From an uncultured Spirochaetales bacterium (GTDB taxonomy: Bacteria > Myxococcota_A > UBA9160 > PR03), in assembly GCA_964615045.1 (NCBI GenBank), contig CAZTOE010000002.1:1-45098 (forward strand): a stretch of 45,098 nucleotides of DNA. Reading direction: 5' to 3'. Every line of letters starts with the position of its first letter. Position 1 is the stretch's first letter. Positions 1-9,704 of the stretch are shown here, piece after piece. The notes beneath the pieces are model-generated. The model was not told the origin of the DNA. It did no database searches and saw only the letters and a program-made list of their open reading frames with translations. The position numbers and the translations under genes are program-made.

Positions 1-406
1 CGTCGATGATGAACTCCTGGGGGATCACGTGGATCACCTCGCGGTCCATCGGGATGGCGACTGCCTTGGCGGCGTCGATCACACGGCGGATATCGCTCTC
101 GGACACCTCGCGGTCTTTCACCGCAACGATGCCGTGGGAGTTCATCCCCCGGATGTGGCCGCCGGCGATGCCGGCGTACACCGACGTGATCTCGCAGTCG
201 CCCATCAGCTCCGCCTCTTCGACGGCGTGCTTGATGGATTCGACGGTGGCCTCGATGTCGACCACCACTCCCTTGCGAAGACCCCGGGACGGGTGGGTTC
301 CAATCCCCACCACGTCGACGCCTCGCTCCGTGCGCTCGGCCACCACGGCGCCGATCTTCGTAGTGCCGATGTCGAGGCCGACGATTGTCTCTCCCTTGCG
401 AGCCAT
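1..406 (-). CDS. ftsA: Cell division protein FtsA, N-terminal part (runs off window edge)
   Basis: Reverse translation from ATG at 406..404 reads MARKGETIVGLDIGTTKIGAVVAERTERGVDVVGIGTHPSRGLRKGVVVDIEATVESIKHAVEEAE... The actin-fold phosphate-1 motif GLDIGTTK is present and the gene lies directly after ftsQ, as in dcw clusters. It is absent from the ORF track because it is truncated. Confidence 0.85.
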   Translation of the reverse strand, partial: MARKGETIVGLDIGTTKIGAVVAERTERGVDVVGIGTHPSRGLRKGVVVDIEATVESIKHAVEEAELMGDCEITSVYAGIAGGHIRGMNSHGIVAVKDREVSESDIRRVIDAAKAVAIPMDREVIHVIPQEFIID

Positions 407-454
407 GCCTCCCCCCAAAAGGCGCGCCGCGTGATGCGGCGGGCCGCATGCGCG

Positions 455-1318
455 TCAGTGCGATGAAAGTCGCTTGGCGATCGCCTCGCTGCGTAGAAGG
501 CCGACTTTTGCGCCGACCTCTGTCCGGATCTCCCCCGTCGCGGCTTCCCGCGCGCGAGGGACCAATACCACTTGTGCCGCAAAGCGCAGGTCGACCACCT
601 CCGCCTCGCGGAACTCGCTCAGCGCGGTGACGAGCGCGAGGCGTTGCAGCTGATCCACCCGATCGCCGCGGCCAAAGACCACCCAGGGCTCGACGCCGCG
701 CAAACGTGCGCGCGGAAAGGCTTCGGCCGGATTCCCGTCCAATCGCCATTCCGTGACCGCGAGGCCGGCCCGGTCCAGAAGCTCCAGGTTCCCCAAGGCC
801 GACGCCACTGCCGGATCGCGGGCTCCTGGGTCGAAGGCCCGCGTCATCGTCAGGCGAGGGAGCTCGGGGCGGATTTCGGAAACGGCCCGCTCCAACGCGA
901 GTCCGCTCTCGTCGACGAGCCAGGCATCGTCACCGCTGATTAGGAGCGCCGCGGGTTTCCGCTCGACGAGGCGCACCAGCAGGCGCCCCGGGATGGCCCG
1001 GGAGATCCGGACGTCGCTCACCCACGGGTCCTCGAGCAATCGCTCGCGCAGGGCGGCGGGTTCCGGCGGAGTCCCGGTCTCCGCGCCGAGCTGCACCCTT
1101 TCCAGCAGCGACGCGGGGGACAGCCGTTCGAGCCCGGCCACTTCCATGCCGGGAGCGGGGAACCGCGCTGCGAGGATGGACTCGATGGCGCCCGCGCCGG
1201 CCCAACCGAAGGCAAAGGCGATGGCCCCCGCGGCAGCGATGCCCGCCCGCTGCAGCGTCCGGGCGTCGACGCGCGGATTCCCGGTTGCGATCTGCCGGCG
1301 CCGTTGGGGTCCCGTCAC
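455..1318 (-). CDS. ftsQ: Cell division protein FtsQ (POTRA domain)
   Basis: 287-aa ORF with an N-terminal basic segment, a TM helix (IAAAGAIAFAFGWAGAGAI) and a POTRA-like region (VSDVRISRAIPGRLLVRLVERKPAALL). It sits between murB and ftsA. Its GTG start overlaps the murB stop (GTGA at 1318..1315). Confidence 0.85.
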   Translation of the reverse strand: MTGPQRRRQIATGNPRVDARTLQRAGIAAAGAIAFAFGWAGAGAIESILAARFPAPGMEVAGLERLSPASLLERVQLGAETGTPPEPAALRERLLEDPWVSDVRISRAIPGRLLVRLVERKPAALLISGDDAWLVDESGLALERAVSEIRPELPRLTMTRAFDPGARDPAVASALGNLELLDRAGLAVTEWRLDGNPAEAFPRARLRGVEPWVVFGRGDRVDQLQRLALVTALSEFREAEVVDLRFAAQVVLVPRAREAATGEIRTEVGAKVGLLRSEAIAKRLSSH

Positions 1319-2226
1319 GTGTCTTCCCCGACGATTCGGACCTCGGGCTCCAGGAGGATCTCGGAGCGTGCCCAGATCGTTTCACGAACCCGTTCGATGA
1401 GCGCGAGCACATCGGCCGCCCGGGCGTCCGCGCGCGTCACGATGAAGTTGGCGTGCAGCGAGGAGATCTCTGCACCTCCGATGCGAAGCCCTTTGAGTCC
1501 GCTGGCTTCGATGAGCCTGCCGGCATGATCGCCCGGGGGGTTCTTGAACACGGAGCCGCAAGAGGGTTGGTCCACGGGCTGGGTTAGACGTCGATGGGAG
1601 AGGTGGCGATCGACGGCCTCGCGCACCGCCGCCGGCGCGGCGGGCTTCAGTGAAAATCGGGCCCGCACTGCGATCTCGCCGACCCCGAGCCCTGTCGTAG
1701 TCCGGTAGGCAAATCCCATCGCATCGCGGGGCCGCCAGGCGCGCTCGCCGCGCGGGTCGACCACCTCGATCGCTTCGACGACCTCACCCATCTCCCGTTC
1801 AGGAACGCCCGCATTCATCGCGATCCATCCCCCCACGCTACCCGGGATACCCGCGGCGAATTCGAGGCCGGAGAGGCCTTCGCCCACGGCCAATCGAGTG
1901 ATCTGGGAGTGGGACACGCCGGCTTCCGCCAACAACTCGTTGCCCTCGCGGCACAGCGCGCGGAGCTTCGCCGTGCGCACCACGGCGCCGCGCCAGCCTC
2001 CCTCGCGGACCAGCAGGTTGAACCCGCCCCCGGCGACGAGTACGGGAATCCCAAAGCTCCCACAGCACTCGAGGCAAGCCGCGAGCTCTAGAGCGTCCGC
2101 CGGGGTTGCGAGGGCGTCGGCCGGCCCTCCGACCCGTAAAGAGGTGTGCCGTGCCATCGGCACTTCGAAGGCGACGCGCTCGCCCAGAAGGGCGCGCAGG
2201 CTCCGCTGGGCCTGGCTCCCGATCAC
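1315..2226 (-). CDS. murB: UDP-N-acetylenolpyruvoylglucosamine reductase MurB
   Basis: Carries MARHTSLRVGGPADALATP...GIPVLVAGGGFNLLV...GIPGSVGGWIAMNAG...SCGSVFKNP motifs. The ORF track extends to 2304, but an in-frame GTG at 2226..2224 overlaps the murC stop (GTGA) and gives a typical length of about 303 aa. The start is uncertain between 2226 and 2304. Confidence 0.85.
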   Translation of the reverse strand: MIGSQAQRSLRALLGERVAFEVPMARHTSLRVGGPADALATPADALELAACLECCGSFGIPVLVAGGGFNLLVREGGWRGAVVRTAKLRALCREGNELLAEAGVSHSQITRLAVGEGLSGLEFAAGIPGSVGGWIAMNAGVPEREMGEVVEAIEVVDPRGERAWRPRDAMGFAYRTTTGLGVGEIAVRARFSLKPAAPAAVREAVDRHLSHRRLTQPVDQPSCGSVFKNPPGDHAGRLIEASGLKGLRIGGAEISSLHANFIVTRADARAADVLALIERVRETIWARSEILLEPEVRIVGEDT

Positions 2227-3602
2227 CGGTTGGCCCCGCTCAAGGCGTCGAGCAGGCGTGGCCCCAACGCGGCGATACTTCCCGCTCCCAGCGTGATGAC
2301 CCAATCGCCGGCTTCGAGCTCGGGGACGAGGGTCTCCGGAATCGTCTCGAGATCCGCTACGAAGCGCACGTCCCGATGGCCGCGCTCCGCGATGGTTTCG
2401 GCCAATCGGCTCGCCTCGACCTCGGGGAGCTTGGCTTCGCCCGCCGCATAGATCTCGGTCAAGACCAGCAGATCCGCTTCGTGGAACGCCGTCGCAAACT
2501 CGTCGAAGAGGTCGCGGGTGCGCGAGTAGCGATGCGGCTGGAACACGACCACCACGCGGCCCGGGTGACGCTCCCGCGCCGCCGCCAGCGTGGCGCGCAC
2601 TTCGGCCGGGTGATGGCCGTAATCATCGATCACGAGGACACCGCGAGCTTCGCCCAACACCTCGAAGCGGCGCTCGATCCCGGGGAACGCGGCCAGGCTC
2701 TGGGCGGCCACCGCGAACGGAACTTCCAACTCGCGCGCGACGCAAAGCGTCGCCAGGGTGTTCTGCACGTTGTGAAGCCCCGGCAGGGGAAGCTCGACGA
2801 CCCCCAGCCGGCGGCCGGCATGGCGCACGGCAAAGCGCGTTCCGCGTGGCGTCGCCTCGATCTCGTGTGCCGAAAGCTCCGCCTGAGGTGAGAGGCCGTA
2901 GGTGGTGAAACGCCGCGTGAGGTGGGGCAGGAGTCGCTGCACGCCCGGGTGATCCAGGCAGACGACGGCCAGGCCCCAGAATGGGATGTGATTGGCGAAC
3001 GCGGCGAAAGCCGCATGCAGGGCATCGACCGAGCCGTAGTGGTCGAGATGTTCCGGGTCGATGTTGGTGATGACCGCGATCACCGGCGCCAACCGCAGGA
3101 AGGAGCCATCGCTCTCGTCCGCCTCGGCGACGAGCAGTGCGCTCCCTCCCATCCGGGTGCCTGTGCGCTCGGCGCCGCGCACGCGCCCGCCGATCACCGC
3201 GGTGGGATCGAGGCCCGCGGCGTCGAGAACATGGGCGATGAGCGAAGTGGTGGTGGTCTTCCCATGGCTGCCGGCGACGGCGATACCGTCCCGAAGCCGC
3301 ATGATCTCGGCCAGCATCTCGGCCCGAGGAATCACGGGGATCTTGTGCTGGGCGGCTGCGACGAGTTCTGGATTGTTGGGGCGGACCGCCGACGAATAGA
3401 CCACGACGTCTGCCGCGCCGATCTGTTCGGCATTGTGGCCCACGGCGATGGGAATCCCCAGACTCCGGAGCCGGGTCATGGTCACGCCGTCGCGAAGGTC
3501 CGACCCGGTGATCCGATAGCCCTGGTGATGCAGCAATTCGGCGATGCCGCACATTCCAATCCCGCCGATACCCACAAAGTGAATGGTCCGGATGCCGCGC
3601 AT
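2223..3602 (-). CDS. murC: UDP-N-acetylmuramate--L-alanine ligase MurC
   Basis: Begins MRGIRTIHFVGIGGIGMCGIAELL, with the Mur ligase P-loop AGSHGKTTTT. ATG 3602..3600 overlaps the murG stop (TGATG). The 105-aa Arg/Pro-rich extension to 3917 in the ORF track lies inside murG and is an artefact. Confidence 0.92.
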   Translation of the reverse strand: MRGIRTIHFVGIGGIGMCGIAELLHHQGYRITGSDLRDGVTMTRLRSLGIPIAVGHNAEQIGAADVVVYSSAVRPNNPELVAAAQHKIPVIPRAEMLAEIMRLRDGIAVAGSHGKTTTTSLIAHVLDAAGLDPTAVIGGRVRGAERTGTRMGGSALLVAEADESDGSFLRLAPVIAVITNIDPEHLDHYGSVDALHAAFAAFANHIPFWGLAVVCLDHPGVQRLLPHLTRRFTTYGLSPQAELSAHEIEATPRGTRFAVRHAGRRLGVVELPLPGLHNVQNTLATLCVARELEVPFAVAAQSLAAFPGIERRFEVLGEARGVLVIDDYGHHPAEVRATLAAARERHPGRVVVVFQPHRYSRTRDLFDEFATAFHEADLLVLTEIYAAGEAKLPEVEASRLAETIAERGHRDVRFVADLETIPETLVPELEAGDWVITLGAGSIAALGPRLLDALSGANR

Positions 3603-4720
3603 CAGGAGACTTCCCCGATCTCGCTGTCTTCGAGGCACGCCGCGACGATGTGGCGCGCCGCATCGGGGCGCGCACAGCTGGCGGCCGCTCGGCCCATCGC
3701 CAACAAGGCGTCGGGCTCGCGCGCCATCGCGGCGAGCCGCGAAGCGAGTTCTCTGCCGCCGAGGTCTACAGCTTCGAGGATCCGCGCCGCCCCGGCTTCC
3801 TCGAGTTGGCGCGCGTTGGCGCGCTGGTGGTCGTCGGCGGCGTAGGGGTAGGGAACCAGCAGCGCAGGAAGTTCCGCCGAGGCGAGCTCCGCCACGGTGA
3901 GTGCCCCGGCACGGCACAGCGCCAGATCCGCCCAGAGATAGTGGGGGGCCAGATGCGTCTCGAACTCGACCACGCGGGCGGCAACCCCCGCCCGCGCATA
4001 GGCCTCGGTGACCCGCTCGCGGTCGGCAGCGCCGCTCTGGTGGAACACTTCGAAGGTCCCCGGCTCAAGGTGCGAGGCGGCCGCCATCATTGCTTCATTC
4101 AGTTGACGTGCTCCCTGGCTTCCGCCCAGGACGAGCAGTCGCAACGGTTTGCCTGCGCGTCGGCGGGGCGGCGCTTCGGCGAAGGCGGCCAGAAGCTCGA
4201 CCCTGAGGGGTGCGCCGACACTTTCGATGCGGCCCTCGAGACCGCGGGCAGCGGGCGCACGAAAACGCTGGACCGCGGCGGGGAAGGCGGTGAAGACCCG
4301 CTTCGCGAAGCGCGCGACAGCGCGATTGGTGCGGCCCGGGACGGCGTTGGGCTCGACCAAGAAAAGCGGCCGACGCATCAGCACCGCTGCGATCGTCGCC
4401 GGCGCGGCCGCGTAACCGCCCACCGAGATCACCGCGGCGGCGCGCGCGCGGCGTAGCGCGCGCAAGGCGGAGCCTACGCAGCGCAGCAGCACGAGGAGTC
4501 CACCCGCACGTCCCCAGAGTGAGCGCCCCGCCACGGGTTGCGCCGGCAGGGTCATCAGCTCGAAGCCTGCTTCAGGGACCCAGCGCGCTTCGAAGCCGCG
4601 CTCGGCCCCGACAAAGAGCGGCTCGATCCCGCGCTCGCGGAAGGCTTCGCCGAGCGCCAGGGCCATCGTCACGTGACCGCCGGTGCCACCTCCCGCAATT
4701 GCGATGCGCCGTCCCTTCAT
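3602..4720 (-). CDS. murG: Undecaprenyldiphospho-muramoylpentapeptide beta-N-acetylglucosaminyltransferase MurG
   Basis: Begins MKGRRIAIAGGGTGGHVTMALALGEAF (the G-loop GGTGGH). It is 372 aa. Its start overlaps the ftsW stop as ATGA at 4720..4717. Confidence 0.92.
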   Translation of the reverse strand: MKGRRIAIAGGGTGGHVTMALALGEAFRERGIEPLFVGAERGFEARWVPEAGFELMTLPAQPVAGRSLWGRAGGLLVLLRCVGSALRALRRARAAAVISVGGYAAAPATIAAVLMRRPLFLVEPNAVPGRTNRAVARFAKRVFTAFPAAVQRFRAPAARGLEGRIESVGAPLRVELLAAFAEAPPRRRAGKPLRLLVLGGSQGARQLNEAMMAAASHLEPGTFEVFHQSGAADRERVTEAYARAGVAARVVEFETHLAPHYLWADLALCRAGALTVAELASAELPALLVPYPYAADDHQRANARQLEEAGAARILEAVDLGGRELASRLAAMAREPDALLAMGRAAASCARPDAARHIVAACLEDSEIGEVS

Positions 4721-5856
4721 CGTCGCCAGGGCCCCGCCGGAGTGACCGGTGCGGATCCCGCCCGGCCGACGTCGCGGGCCGTCGCGAGGATCACCCCGAC
4801 CGCCAGGAACGACACCAAGAGCGATGTGCGTCCGTACGAGAGGAAGGGCAGTGCCAGGCCAGTCGCGGGGGCCACCCCCATTACCACCGCGGCATTGAGC
4901 GCCGCCGGCAGCACCAGGCTCGCGGTCATGGCAAATGCCACCAGGAGTCCAAAACGGCTCTGCGACCGGCAGGCGATCTGGAGCCCCGCGACCCCGAGCG
5001 CCACGAAGGCACCCAGCACAACGGCTACGCCGAACAGCCCAAGTTCCTCCGCCACCACTGAGAGCACGAAGTCGGTGTGCGCTTCGGGCAGATAGAAGAG
5101 CTTTTGACGCCCGTCGCCGAGTCCCACCCCGAATGAGCCGCCGCGTCCGAAGGCGACGAAAGACTGGACGACCTGAAAGCCTTGGTCGGACGCGTTGGCC
5201 CAGGGATCGAGAAAGGCGCGCAGGCGGTCGAGCACATACGGGCGGGCCCAGGCGGCGCCTCCAACGATCAAGCCCCCGAGCCCGGCCGCGCCAAGCAGGG
5301 CGCGCAGCGGGGCTCCCGAGACAAACACGAGCGCCGCCACGGTGATCAACAGCAACAGCGCTCCGCTGGTGTCGGGTTGCATGAAGAGCAACAGGGTGGG
5401 CAAGCCGGTGCTGGCGCCCAGCAACGCCCAGAAACGGCCGGGCACGGTCTCGCGGGGTTCGAAGCGCCGAGTGGCCAGCAGCGCCGCGGCCAGCAGCAGC
5501 GTCGACCAGCGGGCGAATTCGCCGGGCTGAACGCGGGGAAGACCGGGCAGGTCGAGCCAGCGCCGGGCGCCGTTGACCTCAGCCCCGAACCACGCGGTTG
5601 CGACGAGCGCCACGACGCCAACGCCCCAAAGCGGCAGCGCGAGCCGGTACCAGGCACTGAGGGGCACGCGCAGTGCAAAGGCCGCGATCGCCAGGCCGAT
5701 CAGGCTCGCGATCGCCTGCCGGACGAAGTGCGGGGGGAATGCCGCCTCCATCGCAAGGGGCGCCGTCGCGCTATAGACCATGACGAGCCCCGCGGCGCAG
5801 AGCAGGGCGCACGAGGTGACGACCCCGCCGTGCAGCGGTGCGCGTTGCACTGTCAA
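4717..5856 (-). CDS. ftsW: SEDS-family peptidoglycan glycosyltransferase FtsW
   Basis: Polytopic membrane protein with SEDS signatures (LFMQPDTSGALLL, YLPEAHTDFVLSVVAEELG, PFLSYGRTSL). It lies between murD and murG. The first codon is TTG at 5856..5854, overlapping the murD stop (TTGA). GTG at 5850 is an alternative start. Confidence 0.9.
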   Translation of the reverse strand: MTVQRAPLHGGVVTSCALLCAAGLVMVYSATAPLAMEAAFPPHFVRQAIASLIGLAIAAFALRVPLSAWYRLALPLWGVGVVALVATAWFGAEVNGARRWLDLPGLPRVQPGEFARWSTLLLAAALLATRRFEPRETVPGRFWALLGASTGLPTLLLFMQPDTSGALLLLITVAALVFVSGAPLRALLGAAGLGGLIVGGAAWARPYVLDRLRAFLDPWANASDQGFQVVQSFVAFGRGGSFGVGLGDGRQKLFYLPEAHTDFVLSVVAEELGLFGVAVVLGAFVALGVAGLQIACRSQSRFGLLVAFAMTASLVLPAALNAAVVMGVAPATGLALPFLSYGRTSLLVSFLAVGVILATARDVGRAGSAPVTPAGPWRR

Positions 5857-7220
5857 GGCAACGCCCCAGCCGGCGTTCCCGCGCTTTGGGTCTCAGTGTT
5901 CTGGGCCGACACGGCGGCGCGGAAACGCTCGCCTCGCTCTTCGTAGTTCGCGAACTGATCGAAGCTTGCGAAAGCCGGCGAGAAGAGCACCACGTCGCCG
6001 GGCTCGGCCAGTGCGCGAGCGTTCGCGACGGCGGCCTCGAGCGTGCGTGCGCAAGTCGTCGGGATGCGCCCGCCAAGCGCTCGCTCGAGGCGGGGTGCCG
6101 CCTCTCCGATCCAGAACCCGGCGCGCACCCGGCGCACCGCTTCGTCGGCGAGCTCACCGAGGTCCAGCCCGCCCTTGTCGCGGCCGCCGGCGATCCAGAG
6201 TACCCGTCGTTCGACCTGGCGCAGGGCGTGAAGCGCAGCCGAGGGATTGGTGGCCTTGGAGTCGTTGATCCAGGTGACGCCCGCGATCTCCGCGACCCGT
6301 TCGAAGCGGTGCGGGGGGACCGGGAACGCCGGCAAGACGGACGCGGCGCGGTCGAGATCGACGCCCAGATCGGCGCACACGAGCAGCGCGGCGAGCACAG
6401 ACTCGACGGGAACCCCGAGTGGCTGTGGCAGCGCGACTCGACGCGGTGTGCCGACCAGGTCGAACCACGCCGAGTCGCCGTCCCACCAGGCGCCAGGTCG
6501 CGCGGGCCGGGTTCGGCCGAACCACTGGTGGCGCGCGGCCGCGTTTTCCACGAGGTGCCGCACTGTGATGTCCTCAAAGCAGCCGATGGCCAGATCGGAG
6601 GGGTGCTGATGAGCGAAGAGCCGGGCCTTGGCCGCGACGTAAGACCACCAATCGCCGTGCCGATCGAGGTGGTCGGGGGCCACGTTCATCAGCACCGCGA
6701 TAGAGGGGTGAAACGCGCGACACAGCTCGAGCTGGAACGACGACACCTCGAGCAGCGCGACGTCCAGCCCTTGGCCCACCAGATCGAGGGCGGGAGTTCC
6801 CACGTTGCCCGCCGCCCGAGTGCGCAATCCGCCAACCCGAAGCATGGCCTCGAGAAGCAGCGTGGTGGTGGTCTTGCCGTTGGTACCGGTCACGGCCACG
6901 ATCGGGATGGAAAGGGCCCGCGCGGCGAGCTCGATATCGGCCCACACCTCCCGCGCACCCGCGAAGCGCTGCGGAGCGATACCCGGGCTCGGCACCACGG
7001 CGTCGTAGCGCGCCACATCAGGGAACGGTTGGCCCGTGCGGAGCTCCACCATCCCCTCGAGCGCTCGGAGCTCCTGCGCGGCCTCGCGCCCGCCCACGGC
7101 TTCGGGAGGCTGCTCGTCCGCAGCCACGACGCGGGCGCCACGTGCAGCCAGGAAACGCGCAGCGCTGCGCCCGGTGCGTCCCAGACCCAGCACGAGAACG
7201 GTTTGACCGGCGAACTCCAT
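5853..7220 (-). CDS. murD: UDP-N-acetylmuramoylalanine--D-glutamate ligase MurD
   Basis: Begins MEFAGQTVLVLGLGRTGRSAARFLAARGARV (Rossmann fold), with VTGTNGKTTTT, DHLDRHG and WINDSKATN motifs. ATG 7220..7218 overlaps the mraY stop (TGATG). The track's extension to 7541 lies inside mraY. Confidence 0.92.
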   Translation of the reverse strand: MEFAGQTVLVLGLGRTGRSAARFLAARGARVVAADEQPPEAVGGREAAQELRALEGMVELRTGQPFPDVARYDAVVPSPGIAPQRFAGAREVWADIELAARALSIPIVAVTGTNGKTTTTLLLEAMLRVGGLRTRAAGNVGTPALDLVGQGLDVALLEVSSFQLELCRAFHPSIAVLMNVAPDHLDRHGDWWSYVAAKARLFAHQHPSDLAIGCFEDITVRHLVENAAARHQWFGRTRPARPGAWWDGDSAWFDLVGTPRRVALPQPLGVPVESVLAALLVCADLGVDLDRAASVLPAFPVPPHRFERVAEIAGVTWINDSKATNPSAALHALRQVERRVLWIAGGRDKGGLDLGELADEAVRRVRAGFWIGEAAPRLERALGGRIPTTCARTLEAAVANARALAEPGDVVLFSPAFASFDQFANYEERGERFRAAVSAQNTETQSAGTPAGALP

Positions 7221-8296
7221 CAGCGCAGCTTCAGCGACGAGAGGGCGACGAGGGAGAGGATGATCGAAATGATCCAGAATCGAACCACGATCTTCTGTTC
7301 CGGCCAACCCAGGCGCTCGAAGTGATGATGGATCGGCGCCATCAGGAAGACGCGCCGACCCGTCAGTTTGAACCAGAACACCTGGATCATCACCGAGAGC
7401 GCTTCGGCGACAAAGACGCCACCGACCACGGCGAGCAAGATCTCCTGCCGGATGACCACCGCGATCGTGCCGAGCGCACCCCCCAGTGCGAGGGATCCGA
7501 CGTCGCCCATGAAGAGCTGGGCGGGATACGTGTTGAACCACAGAAAACCCAGGCCACCCCCGACCAGGGCGCCGCAGAAAATTGGGATCTGGTCGGCCCC
7601 CGGGACCCCCTTGATGCCCAGATATTCTGCGATCCCCGCATGCCCGGCGGCGTAGGAGAGCAGCAGGAACGTGCCCGCAGCGATCATCACCGGTCCGATG
7701 GCGAGACCGTCGAGCCCGTCGGTGAGGTTGACCGCATTACTGGTCCCCACGATCACGAGCACCGCCAGGGGAATATAGAAAGCCCCCACGTTCGGGGTGA
7801 AGTCCTTGAAAAAGGGCACGGCGAGTTCTTTGTCGAAACTCGGATCGGTATAGATGGCGAAGGCCACCACACCGGCGATCAGAAGCTGCCAGAAGATCTT
7901 GAGGCGCGCGGAGAGGCCCGCCTCATTGCGGCGCTGAGTGACCTTGCGGTAGTCGTCGATGAAGCCGAGCAAGCCGTACGCCACCGTCACGCTAATGACG
8001 ATCCAGATCAAGCGATTGGTGAGATTGGTCCACAGGAGCACCGACACCAGGAGGGCCAGCAGGATCAAGAGGCCGCCCATCGTGGGCGTGCCCGCCTTCG
8101 ATTGGTGGTCCGGCCCGATCTCGCGAATCGGCTGACCCGCTCGCAGCGAGGCGAGGGCGCGGATCAACGAAGGGCCGACCAGGAAGGCGAGAAAGAGCGC
8201 CGTCAGCGTCGCGGCCGCGGTGCGGAACGTGACGTAGCGGAACACATTGAAGCCGCCGAATTCCGAAGCGAGGGGGACCAGCAGGTGATAGAACAT
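7220..8296 (-). CDS. mraY: Phospho-N-acetylmuramoyl-pentapeptide transferase MraY
   Basis: Begins MFYHLLVPLASEFGGFNVFRYVTFR, with NAVNLTDGLDGLA and PIHHHFE motifs. ATG at 8296 lies 7 nt after the murF stop. The track start at 8389 would overlap murF. Confidence 0.92.
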   Translation of the reverse strand: MFYHLLVPLASEFGGFNVFRYVTFRTAAATLTALFLAFLVGPSLIRALASLRAGQPIREIGPDHQSKAGTPTMGGLLILLALLVSVLLWTNLTNRLIWIVISVTVAYGLLGFIDDYRKVTQRRNEAGLSARLKIFWQLLIAGVVAFAIYTDPSFDKELAVPFFKDFTPNVGAFYIPLAVLVIVGTSNAVNLTDGLDGLAIGPVMIAAGTFLLLSYAAGHAGIAEYLGIKGVPGADQIPIFCGALVGGGLGFLWFNTYPAQLFMGDVGSLALGGALGTIAVVIRQEILLAVVGGVFVAEALSVMIQVFWFKLTGRRVFLMAPIHHHFERLGWPEQKIVVRFWIISIILSLVALSSLKLR

Positions 8297-8303
8297 CCCG
8301 CGC

Positions 8304-9704
8304 CTATCCCCCGTCGGCCTGCAAGCCCGCGAGCACGCGCTCCATGCGCATCGACCGCGAGCCTTTGAGCAGCACCCAGTCGCCTTCACGGAGCATCGCG
8401 CGGAGCGCCGCCACGGCTTCCGACGGAGCGGTCAGTCGGTGTACCGCTTGGGTGCGAAGACCCCCGTCGAGTGCCCCTTCGGCAAAGAGCGCCGCGTGGT
8501 CGCCCAGCGCGAAAAGTGCGTCGACCCCGGATTCTGCAGCGCAGCGCCCCACCTCTCGGTGCGCCGCCGGAGCGCTTTCGCCCAACTCCCCCATGTCCCC
8601 CAAGACCGCGAAGGCTCGCCCGGTTCCGCGCAGTTGCGCGAGCGCCGCGAGGGCGGCCCGCATCGACTGGGGGTTGGCGTTGTAGCTGTCGTTGAGGACC
8701 CAAGCCCCGTTGGGGAGCGCCACGGGTTCGAGTCGGCCCGCGCCGCGCGGCGCGGCACCTAGGCCCCGCGCCACCGCCTCGAGCGAGGCGCCGGCACAGA
8801 GAGCCGCGGCCGCACCGGCCAGCGCGTTGGCAACGTGAACCTCAGCGAGGCTCGCGATCGCGACCTCGGCGCGGCCCTGCGGTGTACAAAGCTCGAAGCG
8901 ATAGCCCGCCAAGCCGACGCTCTCGACGTTCTCCGCCCGCACCTCGGCTCCCGCTACGCGACCGAAGGTCACGACCCGTGCGTCGGTCCGGGCGGTCTGG
9001 GACATCACGCGTTCGTCTTCGGCGTTGGCAACGGCGAATCCGTCGCGCGGGAGCGCGGCGAACAGGGAGCCTTTTTCGTCTGCAATCCCCTGCCGCGAAC
9101 CGAGAAACTCGATGTGCGCGGTGCCCACGTTTGTGATGACACCCACCGTGGGCCGGGCGATCTCAGCGAGCGAGGCGATCTCGCCCGGTTGGTTGGTGCC
9201 GAGTTCGACGACCGCGACTTGGTGATGATCCTCGAGTTCCAACAGCGTGAGCGGCAAGCCGAACTGGTTGTTCAGGTTGCCGGCGGTCTTGAGGCATGCG
9301 AACTCGATGCCGAGCGCGCCCGCGGCAAACTCCTTGGTGCCGGTTTTGCCGTTGCTGCCGGTGATCGCAACCACCGGCCCCACGAAAGCGCGCCGACGGC
9401 CGGACGCGAGGGCCGCGAGGGCGCGGGTGGTGTCGCTGACTTCGATCACCGCGCAACGGCCGTCTTCGAGGCCGGACGACGCGTGACCTTTTTCGATCAC
9501 GAGGGCCGCGGCGCCCGCTACCGCTGCATCCGCGGCAAAGGCGTGACCGTCGTATCGCTCTCCCCGGATCGCCACGAACAGCTGACCGCGCCCGACGCGG
9601 CGCGAATCGATCGAAACGCCCTCGCAGCGCTCAGCAGGATCACCTCCGCGCAGCGTGCCGCCGCACCACTCCACCGCCTGCGCCACCGAGAATCGCGCGC
9701 TCAC
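8304..9704 (-). CDS. murF: UDP-N-acetylmuramoyl-tripeptide--D-alanyl-D-alanine ligase MurF
   Basis: 466 aa with DSRRVGRGQLFVAIRGERYDGHAF and the ITGSNGKTGTKE P-loop. Its GTG start overlaps the murE stop (GTGA at 9704..9701). Confidence 0.92.
   Translation of the reverse strand: MSARFSVAQAVEWCGGTLRGGDPAERCEGVSIDSRRVGRGQLFVAIRGERYDGHAFAADAAVAGAAALVIEKGHASSGLEDGRCAVIEVSDTTRALAALASGRRRAFVGPVVAITGSNGKTGTKEFAAGALGIEFACLKTAGNLNNQFGLPLTLLELEDHHQVAVVELGTNQPGEIASLAEIARPTVGVITNVGTAHIEFLGSRQGIADEKGSLFAALPRDGFAVANAEDERVMSQTARTDARVVTFGRVAGAEVRAENVESVGLAGYRFELCTPQGRAEVAIASLAEVHVANALAGAAAALCAGASLEAVARGLGAAPRGAGRLEPVALPNGAWVLNDSYNANPQSMRAALAALAQLRGTGRAFAVLGDMGELGESAPAAHREVGRCAAESGVDALFALGDHAALFAEGALDGGLRTQAVHRLTAPSEAVAALRAMLREGDWVLLKGSRSMRMERVLAGLQADGG

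Noticed and set aside
3603-3917. N-terminal extensions given by the longest-ORF track: murC to 3917, murD to 7541, mraY to 8389, ftsI to 13593, ftsL to 13862, ParA to 28120, ArsA-like to 20953, hypothetical to 27225, trmB ORF from 31894, SDR ORF from 41168, plsB from 42193.
   Set aside because: The extensions run inside the preceding, well-supported gene and are Arg/Pro-rich. In each case a start codon sits just before the conserved N-terminal motif, usually overlapping or abutting the upstream stop.
5838-7325. 495-aa plus-strand ORF antisense to murD. Similar long antisense ORFs: 9791..11242 and 8835..9782 (opposite murE/murF), 11062..12441 (opposite ftsI), 31076..32383 (opposite sppA), 38818..40437 (opposite accC), 21941..23068 and 22105..22818 (opposite the zinc-ribbon gene).
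   Set aside because: Each lies opposite a gene with clear family motifs. Their translations are Arg/Pro/Gly/Ala-rich low-complexity sequence, typical of stop-poor antisense frames in very GC-rich DNA. No motifs are recognisable.
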